NCBI GenBank assembly: GCA_034780895.1
Contig: JAUZTB010000072.1
Coordinates: 14,616,373-14,680,372 of the forward strand
Length of the DNA: 64,000 nucleotides
Reading direction: 5' to 3'
Origin: Rhynchobatus australiae
Lineage: Eukaryota
The notes under the pieces are model-generated. The model was given only the letters and a program-made list of their open reading frames with translations, was not told where the DNA came from and did no database searches. Shown piece by piece: positions 39,901 to 52,180 of the stretch (position 1 is its first letter; each line of letters opens with the position of its first letter). Position numbers and translations under genes: made by a program.

Positions 39901-41349
39901 CTTCAGCATTTTCTACGTCAAGATCGTGGAAACTGGTAGAATAAGGAACAGGTTCAAGAACAGAAAGTGGGTGCACTAACAGTTTAAATTTACCAACATT
40001 TTTAATTTTTTTGGATTGGCTAGATGGCCAGCAAGGATTTTTTCGACACAAACCTGTACTCACATACAATGAGTATGTTGCAGAAAAGGTCGGCAGATCA
40101 TTGATTTCAGGGACTCTGGCCGCTGACTTGCTTTTAACTGTCAGTTGACTATGGATTGTAATAAATGTGGGAGTGGACAGATGAACAGAAATAGTAATTC
40201 AAAGTTGTCTAGTACTGAAAGTTAGAGAATTACAGTAAAATGCTCTTCTTGTACTCAGTCTGATATAATAGGCAAATAAACTCTATGGTACAAAAAATAT
40301 ATGGCATCAGGTTTCATTAAATTGTTTGTCCATTTTCTAATGCTGCCAGTTATATCCACCTACAGAATTAAACTAACCTCTATATATTTCAATCTCTTTG
40401 TGAGTTATACGAATCTTTTTAAAATTCATCAAGTGATTGAGATGTGCTACATTCCTTGAAACAGGAGCAATTCCCAAATCTGGTATAATCTATACATTTT
40501 TGTTCATCTCCATGGCACCCCTTGATGACACCATCTAAAGACATGGGGTCTGCTTCCAAGTAAACCCTGTTCTGCATCTACCCCAACTTTCTTAAATCTT
40601 TGTTTTCAGTTTTGAATAAGCCTCAATTCCGCCAGTTAAAATATTAAGAAGACCATTGTCTTCAAACCCAGCTAAAATTACCAATCCCTAGCCACCAGTT
40701 AATTCCCCCTTCCAATGTCTTAAGTTTCTATACACTTGAATACAATTAAGAAACCTGTATTTGAAGCTAGGCTTACTGAATCTGGAGTAGAAATTAAAAC
40801 TGCAGGAGATACTCAGCAGGTCAGGCACCTTCTATGGGCAGAGTGATGGAATATAGGATCTGCATTAAGAAGGAATTACATTTGTATGGATGACTGGAAA
40901 ATTTAGCTGTGTTCATTAACAAAGCTGTGAACAGAACTGTTGAACAAATAAGCAGTAAGGGAAAGCAGTGCAGACAAAAATGATTTAATGTTGCATGCGA
41001 CAGGACAGCTTGGTAACTTGGCACAGATATGCCAAACCTAGAAGCAGATGAACTTGCAGTGNNNNNNNNNNNNNNNNNNNNNNNNNNNNNNNNNNNNNNN
41101 NNNNNNNNNNNNNNNNNCTGGAGTTATGGGAATGATAAAGTTTACACACAACAGGGAAGCAAAAGTCAATCCAAAGTTTGTTGAAATTATACAGCAATAA
41201 AACCTCAAGGCATGAAGAATACAGAGGGATCATATCAACAGCATTAAAGAATCAGCAATGTAAAAAGTAGCCTCTGAAATACAGAAAGAACACACATTAG
41301 GATTATATGGATGGTCAGGTACACCAAGGGAATGAGAGTCAGGAATCCA

Positions 41350-41725
41350 TAGAACATAACGGCACAGTACAGGCCCTTCGGCCCACAATGTTGTGCCGAC
41401 ATTTTATCCTGCTCTAAGATCTGTCCAACCCTTCCCTTCCACACAGCCCTCCATTTCTCTATCATTCATGTGTCTATCTAAGAGACTCCTAAATGTCCCT
41501 AATGTATCTGCCCCCACAACCTCAGCTGGCAGGGTGTTCCATGCACCCACCACTCTCTGTGTAAAAAAAACTTACCCCTTATATGTTCCTCCAATCACCT
41601 TAAAATTATGCCCCCTCGTGTTAACCATTGTCTCCCTGGGAAAAAGTCTCTGACTGTCCACTTGATCTATGCCTCTTATCACCTTGTACACCTCTATTGT
41701 CACCTCTCATCCTCCTCCTCTCCAA
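41350..41725 (-). mobile_element. CR1 LINE 3' end
   Basis: catagaacat...acaggcccttcggcccacaatgttgtgccgac...caccactctctgtgtaaaaaa...ttaaaattatgccccctcgt is the typical inverted CR1 tail. Confidence 0.8.
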
Positions 41726-41849
41726 AGGGAGAGGGAGATTAAATCAGGCACACTGTTAGTTTTACAGGTTTCAAGAGTGAGAGTGGGAACCTTTAAAAAG
41801 GCAAGTCTCATTGATTGGCTAATTGGAGGACACTTTAACTAATAAAAGG

Positions 41850-43550
41850 AAAATAAGGTTAAGTGGAGAAGTCATTTTGGAGCAGCCATTGTAAGAGTGG
41901 AGAGCTGAGGCTTTGGCTCAGGAGGCACAGGTCAGAGCAGGTAAAGATTTTAGTTTCCTGGTCATCCTGAGTACCTGACTCAGTGTGAGCAGGATGGCAG
42001 TCAGGGCAGTGGAATTCTCCTGCAAGGTGTGGGGAATCAAGGAACCTCATGGTCTCCCTGATGACTACATCTGTGGGAAGTGCACCCAACTGCAGCTCCT
42101 GACAAACTGGGTCAAAGAACTGGAACTGGATTTGGATGTACTCAGGATCATCATAGATACCACTTCTACTGAGGTGGTCACACCCAGGGGGGTGCAGGCT
42201 TTGGATAGATGGGTGACCACCAGGAAAAGGGGAGCAGTCAGGCAGTGGAGGGCTCTCTAGGTATACTGGTTAGTGAGGCCATTCCCCAGACTAACCAGTA
42301 TTCCCCTCACTAACCAGTATAGCTTTTGGATACTGCTGAGGGGATGATCTTTCAGGGGCTAGCAACACCAAGGCTGCCAAAGTCTTGGGCCACAGGAGAT
42401 GAGTGGGATTTTAATGAATATATTTTCCTGAGTGTTTACTGAGGAGAAAAGCATGGTTGCTCAAGAGATGAGGGAAACAAGTAGAGATGTTTTGGAGAAC
42501 AACTACCAGGAGGTATTTGCAACCTTGCGTGTATTAAGGTGGATAAATCCCCAGGGCCCGACTGAGTGTATCCATGGACTTTGTGGGATGCTAGAGAGGA
42601 AATTGTGAGGCCCTTGTGGAGATTTTTGCTTCATCTGAAGTCTGGAAGGTGGCCAATTAATTCTGTTGTTTAAGAGTAGCAAGGACGAGCCAGGGAACTA
42701 CAGGCTGGTCAACCTGACATCAGTGGTAGGGAAGTTACGGGAGGGAATTCTGAGGGACAGGATCTACCAGCATTTAGCTAGACAGTCTGATTAGGAGGAA
42801 TCAGCATAGATTTGTGTGTGTGGTGTCATGTTTGATAAATTTTTTTTTGAAGAGGTAACCAAAAGGGTATTGGTTTATTATTATCACTTGTACAGAGGCA
42901 CAGTGGAAAAACTTGTCTTGCCTACTGATTGTACAGATCAATTCATGAGGGTAGGGCAGTGGATATTGTCTACTTGGACTTTAACAAGGCCATCTACAAG
43001 GTCCCACATGGTAGGCTGGTCTGGAAGGTTAGCTCCCATGGAATCCAAGGAGAGCAAGTTGGGTGGATTCAAAATTGGTTCAAAGGTAGGAAGCAGAGGG
43101 TGATGGTTGAAGGTTGTTCCTCAGAGTGGTGTGCCACAGAGGTTAGTGTTGGGACCCTTATTTGTAATTTATATAAATGATTTGGATGTGAATGCACAAG
43201 GCTTGATCAGTAAGTTTGTGGATAACACAAAATTAGGTGTTGATAGTGAAGAAGGTTATCATAGATTAGAAGGATCTTGATCACTTAAGTGGGTTGAGGA
43301 GTGGTAAATAGACTTCAATACAGATAAGTGTGAAGTGATGTATTCTGGAAGGCAAACTAGCATGGGACTTGTGCTATGAATGGTAGGGTACTAGGGAGTG
43401 TAATGGAACAGAGGGACCTAGGAGTAGTGCATAGTTCATTGAAAGCAGTATCACAGGGAGACAGGGTGGTGAAAAAGGTGTTTAGCATGCTAGCCTTCAT
43501 AAGTCAGGGCATTGAGTGTGGGAGTTGGGACATTATGTTGCAGTTGTTTG
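41850..43550 (+). mobile_element. Internally deleted CR1 LINE (ORF1 start plus RT fragments)
   Basis: MAVRAV..SCKVW...PDDYICGKCTQLQLL...ELELDLD resembles the CR1 ORF1 Zn-finger/zipper. Then GNYRLVNLTSVVGK, EGRAVDIVYLDFNKA..KVPHGRL, WIQNW..GRKQRVMVEG and EQRDLGV. Confidence 0.85.
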
Positions 43551-45402
43551 AAGATAATGGTCCTCTTAATATTTTAATTACAACAAAGTGAGGCTCATTA
43601 AAAACTGACAAAGAACTCGTGAAGGATTTAAAGTTGGTGGAGAGGCAGTAGGGAGTCACTTGGAAGTAGGCCCCATCTTCAGATGTCATCCAGGGATGCT
43701 ATGTAAATGAACAAAATAAATGGGTGAAGTCTTGATTTAGGGAACCTGAGATGACAATAGGTAAGGTGATGATGGATAAAGAAATCATTATTGTAGATGG
43801 TCTGGCTACAATCAGAATGGAACCAGGCAAAGGCAGTCCCACTGAGACAAGCAGCAGAGCAGAGGTGTTGAGTGTGAGACAAAGAAATGCACCATAGTCA
43901 TGGCCGCTAATAGTGGGTTTAATTCACATCTTTTACTGGGCTGTTTTATTTCTATGGCAGGGCACAAAACTCATTAGAAGGATCAAACCTGGGTACAGAT
44001 TTAGGAAGTCAAAATATTCAAACACTTGGGAGAGCAAAGGGAGGTTGGAAATAAGGTGGTGGTCATAGGGAAGGCTTGATGACTAATGGAAATTCTGAAC
44101 AGGAAGATGAGGTGAGGAAACCACTTAAAACTTTGGAGCAGATGTTATTTGGGAGAGAGGAGAATTGTGGGGATATGAAGATGGCTAACTATTTTGTTGT
44201 TTCATGTTTACCTGGGAATAAAGGGTATTTATACAAATTGTCATTTGACCCACAAAGGATTAAATGCCTGGAATTTATGGAGTAAAGGAGTTTGAAGGGG
44301 AGAAAGATAAAGTCTCTTGCTGTGCTGCTATCATGGTGAAGTTCAAGATAATGTTATTCAGGTTGTTTGGTAAGTTATTGTTCTGCCACAGTATCAAATG
44401 CTGTTCTTTAAATTTTGCTAAAGGGTTTTCAAGGTCCTGCATGCTAATGCTTGACCTCTTGATGAGCTGGAGTACTAAATTTCAGCTTGGAGGAGAATGA
44501 GAGGGGCCACTATTAGGTTTCTACAGGCAATGAGGACAGCCGAACCATTTAGATCCTCTTGTGTCTAGCCTCTTTGAAATGTTTTCTTTTGCTAGGAAAA
44601 ATAACAATTTGAGGCATTTCTAATATTTCCTTTGCATGTTTTGAAAAATGAACTAATATTCTTTTTGTAGGTGTGAATTTTAACTTGTGACTCAATCGTG
44701 TATGAATCACTGGTTGGAATTTGCATGCCAGGTAGCTGGACTGGCTGCAAATACTGAATGTTAGTTATTTAACACAAGGACTGAAAGGTTCGACAGGAAA
44801 AAAGACCAGATTACCCTAACTGTATCAGGCATTCATTGTCACTGTCTTTCATTATCTAGTGAGAGATCAGAATAAACCCCTGCTCCCAGATGTCCTGCTC
44901 ACACTGCCTACCTTCACATCACAATAATGAATTTCTCTTTTAATAAGTCTGCATTTCTCTGGTCATCACTGCTTGGCTTATTTTTCCTCCTAGTATATTT
45001 TTCTAGTCTGTCCACATTTACCTCCACTGCTACTGTTCATTAATTTTCATCAAAGCTTCCAATGTTGCTATAGATTTTACATGGTCATTGAATACACCTT
45101 ATTTAAATTGCACTACAATGAACCTCCAGATTACAGCTATTTCCACCCCCCNNNNNNNNNNNNNNNNNNNNNNNNNNNNNNNNNNNNNNNNNNNNNNNNN
45201 NNNNNNNNNNNNNNNNNNNNNNNNNNNNNNNNNNNNNNNNNNNNNNNNNNNCCTGCCAGAGCTACTTAATCAGCCCCAGTCCCCTGCTCTTTCCCCGCAG
45301 TCTTATAAATTCGCCTTGTGTATTAATCTAATTCCCTTTCGGAACTTACAATTGAATCTGCTTCTAACAAGTTCCTCTAACTTGCTGCTTTGCCTCCAAC
45401 AG

Positions 45403-45643
45403 TATTCTCACTGCCAATTATCAGCAAGGTGAAACCACAGCTCCTGAAAACCCACTTCCTTCCCTTGATGGAGAAACTGAAGAAGAAGGTGGCCACGGTG
45501 GTGTTGGAAGAGGAACACCTTAAGGCTGAGGGTAGAGGAGACATGTCTGAAGCCGAATTGCTCATTCTGGATGAATTTACGGTGCTGGCTCGGGATCTTT
45601 ATGCTTTCTACCCACTGCTGATCAGATTTGTGGATTATAACCG
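45403..45643 (+). pseudogene. Isolated ryanodine receptor (RYR2-like) exon, 241 nt, intact splice signals, antisense within the TMCO4 intron
   Basis: (V)FSLPIISKVKPQLLKTHFLPLMEKLKKKVATVVLEEEHLKAEGRGDMSEAELLILDEFTVLARDLYAFYPLLIRFVDYN(R) closely matches the RyR2 helical/bridging-solenoid sequence as recalled. CTAAC at 45377-45381, pyrimidine tract, caacag acceptor, CG|gtaata donor. Functional status unknown. Confidence 0.85.
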
Positions 45644-45859
45644 GTAATATAGTTTTATAAATGTTCAGGCTGTACTGATTTAAATACGTAACTGTTATTG
45701 AAAGTCATACCTGGCAGTTTTCATTCATTTACAAAGAAACTGCAGAGCAACACCTGAATATTAAAATTCTGATCCTTTTCAAACTCCATCATATCCCACC
45801 CATCCACCCCTCCTGAACTCTGTGACTGCTTCCAGTCAGAAGATTGTAAGAAATAATAG

Positions 45860-46370
45860 ACCACACAGATAATCCTGCCTGCCCTGCCATGCAGCAAGGT
45901 TATGGCTGATCTACCTCAGCTCCACTTTTCCTGCCTAATCTCCCCAATGCTTGTCTTAACTGGGATTCCAAATAACTTGTCACACCAATTAATTGAATAT
46001 TCACCAAGTCTGAGCATCCATAGACTTCTCTGGTAGATTCTCCAACCAAAGCAAACAACCCCTCAGCATCCACTCTGCCAAATCACTTTGGAAAGTTTAT
46101 CTTTTATCTCATTCTACTAAGCTCCAAGGACTATCTGCTACTTCTACTCAATCTTCCCTCAGAGATCACCTCTCTCAACCCAGAATCAATCTAAAAATGT
46201 TTGTTGGACTGATCAAAGACAAGTATCCTCTTCCTGATACAAAGTATGCAGTACTCCAAGTCAAGTTTCACTTAAGACCTGTACAATTGCAATAAGGCTC
46301 CTTACTTTTGCACTTCAAACCCTTTTACAATACAGGCCAACACACCATATTTCTTCCTCATTAACTGACC
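45860..46370 (-). mobile_element. Decayed CR1-type 3' fragment
   Basis: ggttatggctgatctacctcagctccacttttcctgcc...cagtactccaag...aggccaacacaccat. Confidence 0.55.
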
Positions 46371-49300
46371 CATAAAAGCCCTTGAGATCTCAGCATTTTA
46401 CCATTTCTGACCTCTGGCATGTCAACATTGTGGGTGCTGTTCATATCTTGCTTTGTGTCTCAATATCAGGCTTTGTTTGGTGGTGCTCCTGTGAAGCACC
46501 TTGGAATGTTTTACCATGTTAAATAAGTTAACAAATTAAAGGAGAAGCAGGATGTATAACCCCTTGAGCCTGTTGCACCAGTCAATGATAATGGCTGATC
46601 CTCAAGCCCTCATTCCCATATCTTCTTATTCTTTTAATTGTCCAAGAATCTGTCAGTCTCATCCTTGAATATATTTGGTAACCCAAATAGACTCTTGAGT
46701 GAGGGAATTCCATGGATTTACAATCTTCATCTCAACAAACAACCCCTTATCCAGAGATTATCGCCTGGTTCCAGACTTAGCACCTGCCCTCTCAGTGATC
46801 CTTTAAGTCTTGCCTATTTCAATAAGACTGGCCCTGATGTGAAAAGGAAGATAGAAAAAATGTTGTGTGAATGCAAGTTGTTGTTCTTGAAAGCAAGCCA
46901 CTTGGGTTTGATTGCTATGTAATATTCAAACATTTGGGAACAATGCATAAATAACCTCATTTTTTATGCACCTGAGCAACAAGGCAGAAAAAATTAGGCA
47001 TCTGATTCTTGACATTGCAATGTTTCTGACAAACTCCCTTGCTTGATTTGGGCCTTGGAACATATGGAACAAGAGTAGGAATTGGCTGTATTCAATAAGG
47101 TCATGGCTAGTCATAGTTTTTTTGGCATCAGTTCCACTCTTTTGTCTATTTCATCCTTGAATATACTTAATGACTCAGCATTCACAGATCCCTCCTGTGT
47201 AGTGGATGCCAAAGATTCATGGGTCTCTGGGAGAAGAAAATGCCCCGGTCCATCTGCTTTTCCCTGTCTGATCTCATTTTGATATGTCAGATTGATGTTC
47301 AATGCCACAGCATGTCTGAGCTGCCAGTTCAGCACACCCAGTGCACACCAGGTAATGGAGAGATTTATAAGGCATGGCAGCTGGCAAGATTAGCTGATTC
47401 TGAGCACAATTATCCTTTGCACACTTTCGATAATTCCTACAGCTAGGAATTTTTAATGATTTTTTTCCATAGCCATTATCCCTCCAGATGCTCTGTCCAC
47501 AATGTCAGACCACAAGTTGAATTCCATCACCACCCCTTTCAGCAGGCAGGGTGCCCTAGGAGCAGATTTGGGATTCCAGGCGCACACACACAATGTCACG
47601 CCTGAGGTCGACAGGAAGAGTAGAGACAAAAGGAGAGCCAGATAGCACTTCAGAAAGGTGAGCACCACTGCCACCTGCCCCCAGCCCTCTTGCCTCATGC
47701 TGTGAAATATGCAGCTCGCAGAGACGTTTCTGAGCTTAGAGTCAGCAGAATTCTGTCTCCTTGGTGCCGTCGCCTGTTCCATCCTATTTGACTGCTTGAC
47801 CTAGAAAGTCATTCTTTGTAAGTGTAATAAAAGGATTGAGGGGCAGACTGTGGAAGTTGCACCAGTTTGAAGTGAAGGAGTCAAGCACTTTGTCCTTATT
47901 GGGCTGGCCTCCAGTGTATTAACAAGATGCACAAGTTGACCTGTCTTTTTTAAAATGCTATAAAACTCACTTTCTATGAACTGCAGCAGTGGATACCGAG
48001 TTTACCCCAATGGCCCATCCAGTGGATGTGGGTGTGAGCTGACCCAGGAGGCTCCAATATCTGCTAATCATCAACCCATACAAATTATTTTGTAATGGCG
48101 TAACAATTCAGGGAAGGTTATCTCCTCCATATAGTCTGAAACTACTGGCATCATTCAGTTCACTATTTTCATTACCATAACAATTGTGTAATATCATGGG
48201 CTGGACATTCACTGCTACAAAATAGATTCTAATTAAAGAACCAGCATTTATATTGTGCCTTTCAAGGATATTCCAATGATGTTCTGCTAAACTAGAAAAA
48301 GCAGAAATTCCTTGATTTTATAAAGTGCCTTTTATGACCTCAGATGTCGAAGTGCTTTAGTCAATGCAGTACTTCCTGAAGCATGAGATAAATGATCAGT
48401 TATGTTGGGGAACCATCCTGCTCCTGCAAATGTTGCCCAGGGATCTATTGATGCTTAACGTTGCATCCAAATGTTTCAGAAACCTTGCACTTGTACTTTC
48501 CAAATCGGGATCTAAATTAAACAGGAACACTAAACCACAAGGATGCTGAGGTAGGGGAAGGAAATGTGGTGGTTACAGCTAGCACTAGGAAAGCCCAAGT
48601 TATAGAAAACTAGAATATTTTCCAGAGTTATTGACCTTTTTCTCTCAAGATTCTGCCTGACCTGTTGAGTATTTCCACCATTTTCTGCTTTCTTTTCAGA
48701 TTTACAGCAACTGCAGTCTTGCTGCTTGAACATATTTTCTTGCTGTTATTGGTGTGAGCTGCAGGCATCTGTATTGTGAGTGTGAATATTTCTGTAACTG
48801 GATTTTGTTTATTTTAATGTTTTAATGCTTAATCTGTTTACAAAAATCTGGCAAGCCAACATAGTAATGAAAATACAAATAACTTTTGGAATGTGGAACA
48901 TGAGCATACTCCTGAAGAATGGCATGAGGTGACTGCACTATATAGATGGTTACCAACAGTAAAATTTTCTGAAATGTTTCCAATAAGTATTAATTATATG
49001 ATTGTATTATTCCATTGGGAATAAATGTATTTGAACTCGTGTAAAAACAGCACATTTCTGGTATTGCTACTGTTCCTTTCAAGGAAAAACTTTTTTTGGT
49101 TTATTGATTGTAAAAACAATTTTAAAAACTAACTGGAAACCAATCTCATGGCATTTCCAAATTTCCATACGAAATAGGAGGTCATTTGGCCCAGTGAGTC
49201 TATGCTGGCTCAGAGCAATCCCATTCTCCTGTAAAATTATGGGAATGTGGGAAAAATATTAACACCCACCTACATGATGGGCAATTTTAAACAGCAAATT

Positions 49301-50342
49301 AACATGCCAACCTGCAAGATCACGGCATGTGAAACCTATGTGGTTACTGGGAGAATGTCCACACTGTTCAGGATTGAACCCTGGTTGCTGGTACTGAAAC
49401 AGCAGCTCTACTAACTGCACCATCCATGAGAACATTTATGAATAACAACATAATAAAATTTCAAATACAATTTATAGGATAAAACCAAATGATCCAAAAG
49501 TATAAAAGGATTTCCAGGATTTTTGTTTTCGTTAAAATGGTAAGGTTACTGAAGGTTTAACTGATCAACACAAGGAAATATGCAAACTCATGGAAAAGAA
49601 ACCATGAGGGGAGATATCCTGGTCTGAACAAGAGAAACAACAGAATTAAAAGCCTTTTCTGTTTGCTGACTATAAGGGTATTAAATCAGGGTAATTACAA
49701 TGAGTGTTGTCAGTACTTCACACTTCTACAAAGGAGCCCTAATGCATCACCTCGGCAGTAGTTTCAAGTTTTGATACTATGTCAGAATTCCCTTTTGAGA
49801 ACTGTGAGCACTGACATTGCTGTTCAAACCAAGTGTGCAGTGTAGTGGTGCACAGCTTAAACTACAGTTCAGTTGACAGCAGCAGAGATTGGAAGAGTTC
49901 ACATTGATACACCAGGACCCTGATGCAGGGTTTTGACCCAAAATGTTGACAAGTTCTTTACTCCCACAGATGCTGCTCAACCCACTGAGTTCCTCCAACA
50001 GTTTGTTTGTTGGTCCAGATTCCAGCATCTGCAGTTGCTAGTCTCCATTGTGCTACTCTTCTAAGACTGGGTCAAAGGAATGTGTTTGGGGTACAATCAT
50101 CTAACATGATATCTGAACTTCAGACAGTTAGAAGGTAACATTCACATCTGTAATGGAAAATGGAATTTTAAATCTGTCTCATGAAAAAAGGACCTAGTGC
50201 ATGTGAACCTGAGGATTCAGTGCTCAAAGTTGCACCTTAAAATGTGGTGCAGTGGGACATCTTGAATTCATTTAAAGTAAGTCTAACATGATAATAGCAC
50301 ATCAGAAATAAGTCATCTTATGAAGAGGAGGTAGGTACTCAC

Positions 50343-50460
50343 AATGGATGAAAGATCCACGTTAATCATTTTTGTATCATCCATAACAATTGGCTGCAGA
50401 CCTGCTACATTCAGTTGTACTGAAGAACTACGATAGACAAAATTCAGAAGCCAGTCTCCC
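50343..50460 (-). CDS. TMCO4: TMCO4 penultimate coding exon
   Basis: (R)GDWLLNFVYRSSSVQLNVAGLQPIVMDDTKMINVDLSSI. Acceptor ccaacag, donor gtgagt; joins in frame to VNGHLDY. Confidence 0.94.
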
Positions 50461-50964
50461 CTGTTGGAGCAAAAAGAATTCTCTTTTAAAGCAAAAGGTT
50501 TGGAAATCAACAATCTCAAATTTTGCCTAAATATTCTATACTGAAAATTGGATATGCTTTGAGCTCATTCTCAGCCATACAACTAGTTTCTCCTTTAAAC
50601 AATCACATTTACAAATTTAGTGGCAGTTGTTTCAGGCTTTACATTGTTTAGTGAAAAAGTGAAATCCCATTAAAATAAATTTACCATTGAACTTAGTCCA
50701 GAATTGCTCTAATTTCAGTCTGACATAGAACCAGGCACATGGAAGGTGGAATTGATCCAGTAAGTAACCCAATGTGTCTGTTCTGGCTCATTAACAATAT
50801 GAAGCTAATTCCTTTTCTCTGTCCACTGTCTAGTTTCATCTAATGCTTAAAATGTTTTACTTTTCCTATANNNNNNNNNNTACAGCTTCTCCTGCATCAT
50901 CTTTGCTCTAATAACTCTGCATAAATAAACTTTCCCAAGGATATCTGCTGTGCTTCATTTGGTA

Positions 50965-51220
50965 ACAACCTTGCCTTCAGGTCAGAGTTCTGGTTCTCGG
51001 AGTCCCACTCCAGAGACTTGAGGTCAAAAGTACAGCAGAGCCTTCATGATGAGACATTAAACTAAGGCCCTGTCTGCTTTCCCAAGCAGACATAGAAGAT
51101 TCCAAGGCATTATTTCAAAGAAAAGCAGTGTTTTCCGATACTTGTCTCACAGAAAATATATACAACCCTGCCCAGTGGTTAACCAAAATCATTAAATCTG
51201 ATATTTCCAATCATGCTTTA
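50965..51220 (+). mobile_element. Ancient Deu-domain SINE (SacSINE/AmnSINE-like) relic
   Basis: agtcccactccagagacttgag...gatgagacattaaactaaggccctgtctgc...gattccaaggcattatttcaaagaaaagcag. Similar relics at about 580-800 and 18590-18900. Confidence 0.6.
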
Positions 51221-51422
51221 CACACTCTTGTTTTAATGTACTCTATAACAGACTACTAAAATTGTCCTAATTAAGAACATATCATTTTTATACAAATGCT
51301 TCATTTTTATTTTTGAATTTGATTAAGTATGGAAAGTTCCTTGCCTTCCATAATTAGTGATCCTATAAAGCAAAGTTATGAATTTTGAGATGTAGCCTTA
51401 ATGGGCAGAATATGCTGTGTAC

Positions 51423-51540
51423 CTGCAGTAGCCATTAATTATACGGCCTGCAACCACTTTAGTGAGAGGCTTCCAATGTTTGGCACCACCTTCCACTGGT
51501 GCTCCGAGCAACACAACATCTTCAATGATTCCTTCACAAT
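51423..51540 (-). CDS. TMCO4: TMCO4 third-from-last coding exon (alpha/beta-hydrolase-like DUF726 region)
   Basis: (D)CEGIIEDVVLLGAPVEGGAKHWKPLTKVVAGRIINGYC(R). Acceptor tttatacag, donor gtacac. More 5' exons were not found in the window. Confidence 0.94.
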
Positions 51541-51629
51541 CTGTATAAACAAAAGGAGTGTATGATGAAACCTCATGCATAAATTATTGATAATCTACAG
51601 ATTTACTAAAATAATATGTCAATATGTAT

Positions 51630-52180
51630 CAAGACACACAGAATACTGGAGGAGCTCAGAAGGTCAGGGAGCATCTATGGAGGGAAATAAGCAGTCAATG
51701 TTTCAGGTTGAGACCCTTCATCAGAATTGGAAAGGAAGAGGGCAAAAGCCAGACTAAGAAGGTTGGGGGATGGGGAGGAGCACATGCAGGCAGGTGATAG
51801 GTGAGTCCAGGTGGGGATGTGCAAGAAGCTGAGAGGCAATAGGTAGAAGAGGCAAAGGGCTGAAGGAGGAGGAATTTTGTAGGAGAGGACAGTGGACCGT
51901 GGAATAAAGGGAAGGTGGGGAATAGATGGGCAGGTCATGAGGGTGTGGGCCACAGGAATGAGGGAAGACAAAGGTAGGGTGGGGGTTACCAGAAGTGGGA
52001 GAAATCGTTGAGGCCATCAGATTGGGAGACTACCAAGGCGGAATAGGAATTGTTCCTGCAACCTGCATCTGGCCTCAATGTGGCAGTAGAGGCAGCTATG
52101 GATAGACATGTCAGTATGGGAGTGGGATGTAGAATTGAAGTGGCTGGCCACTGGGAGATCCTTACTTTTGTGGTGGATGG
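51630..52180 (-). mobile_element. Penelope-like element 3' end with terminal repeat
   Basis: Minus ORF KDLPVASHFNSTSHSHTDMSIHSCLYCHIEARCRLQEQFLFRLGSL, then a pyrimidine-rich UTR and the gctccctgaccttctgagctcctccag terminal unit. Confidence 0.75.
51692..51729 (-). ncRNA. Minimal type-I hammerhead ribozyme-like motif (CpG-decayed)
   Basis: Minus strand CAATT-CTGATGA-A-GGGTCTCAACCT-GAAACAT-T-GACTG: catalytic core CUGAUGA...GAAA with short stem II, located in a Penelope terminal repeat. Confidence 0.55.
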
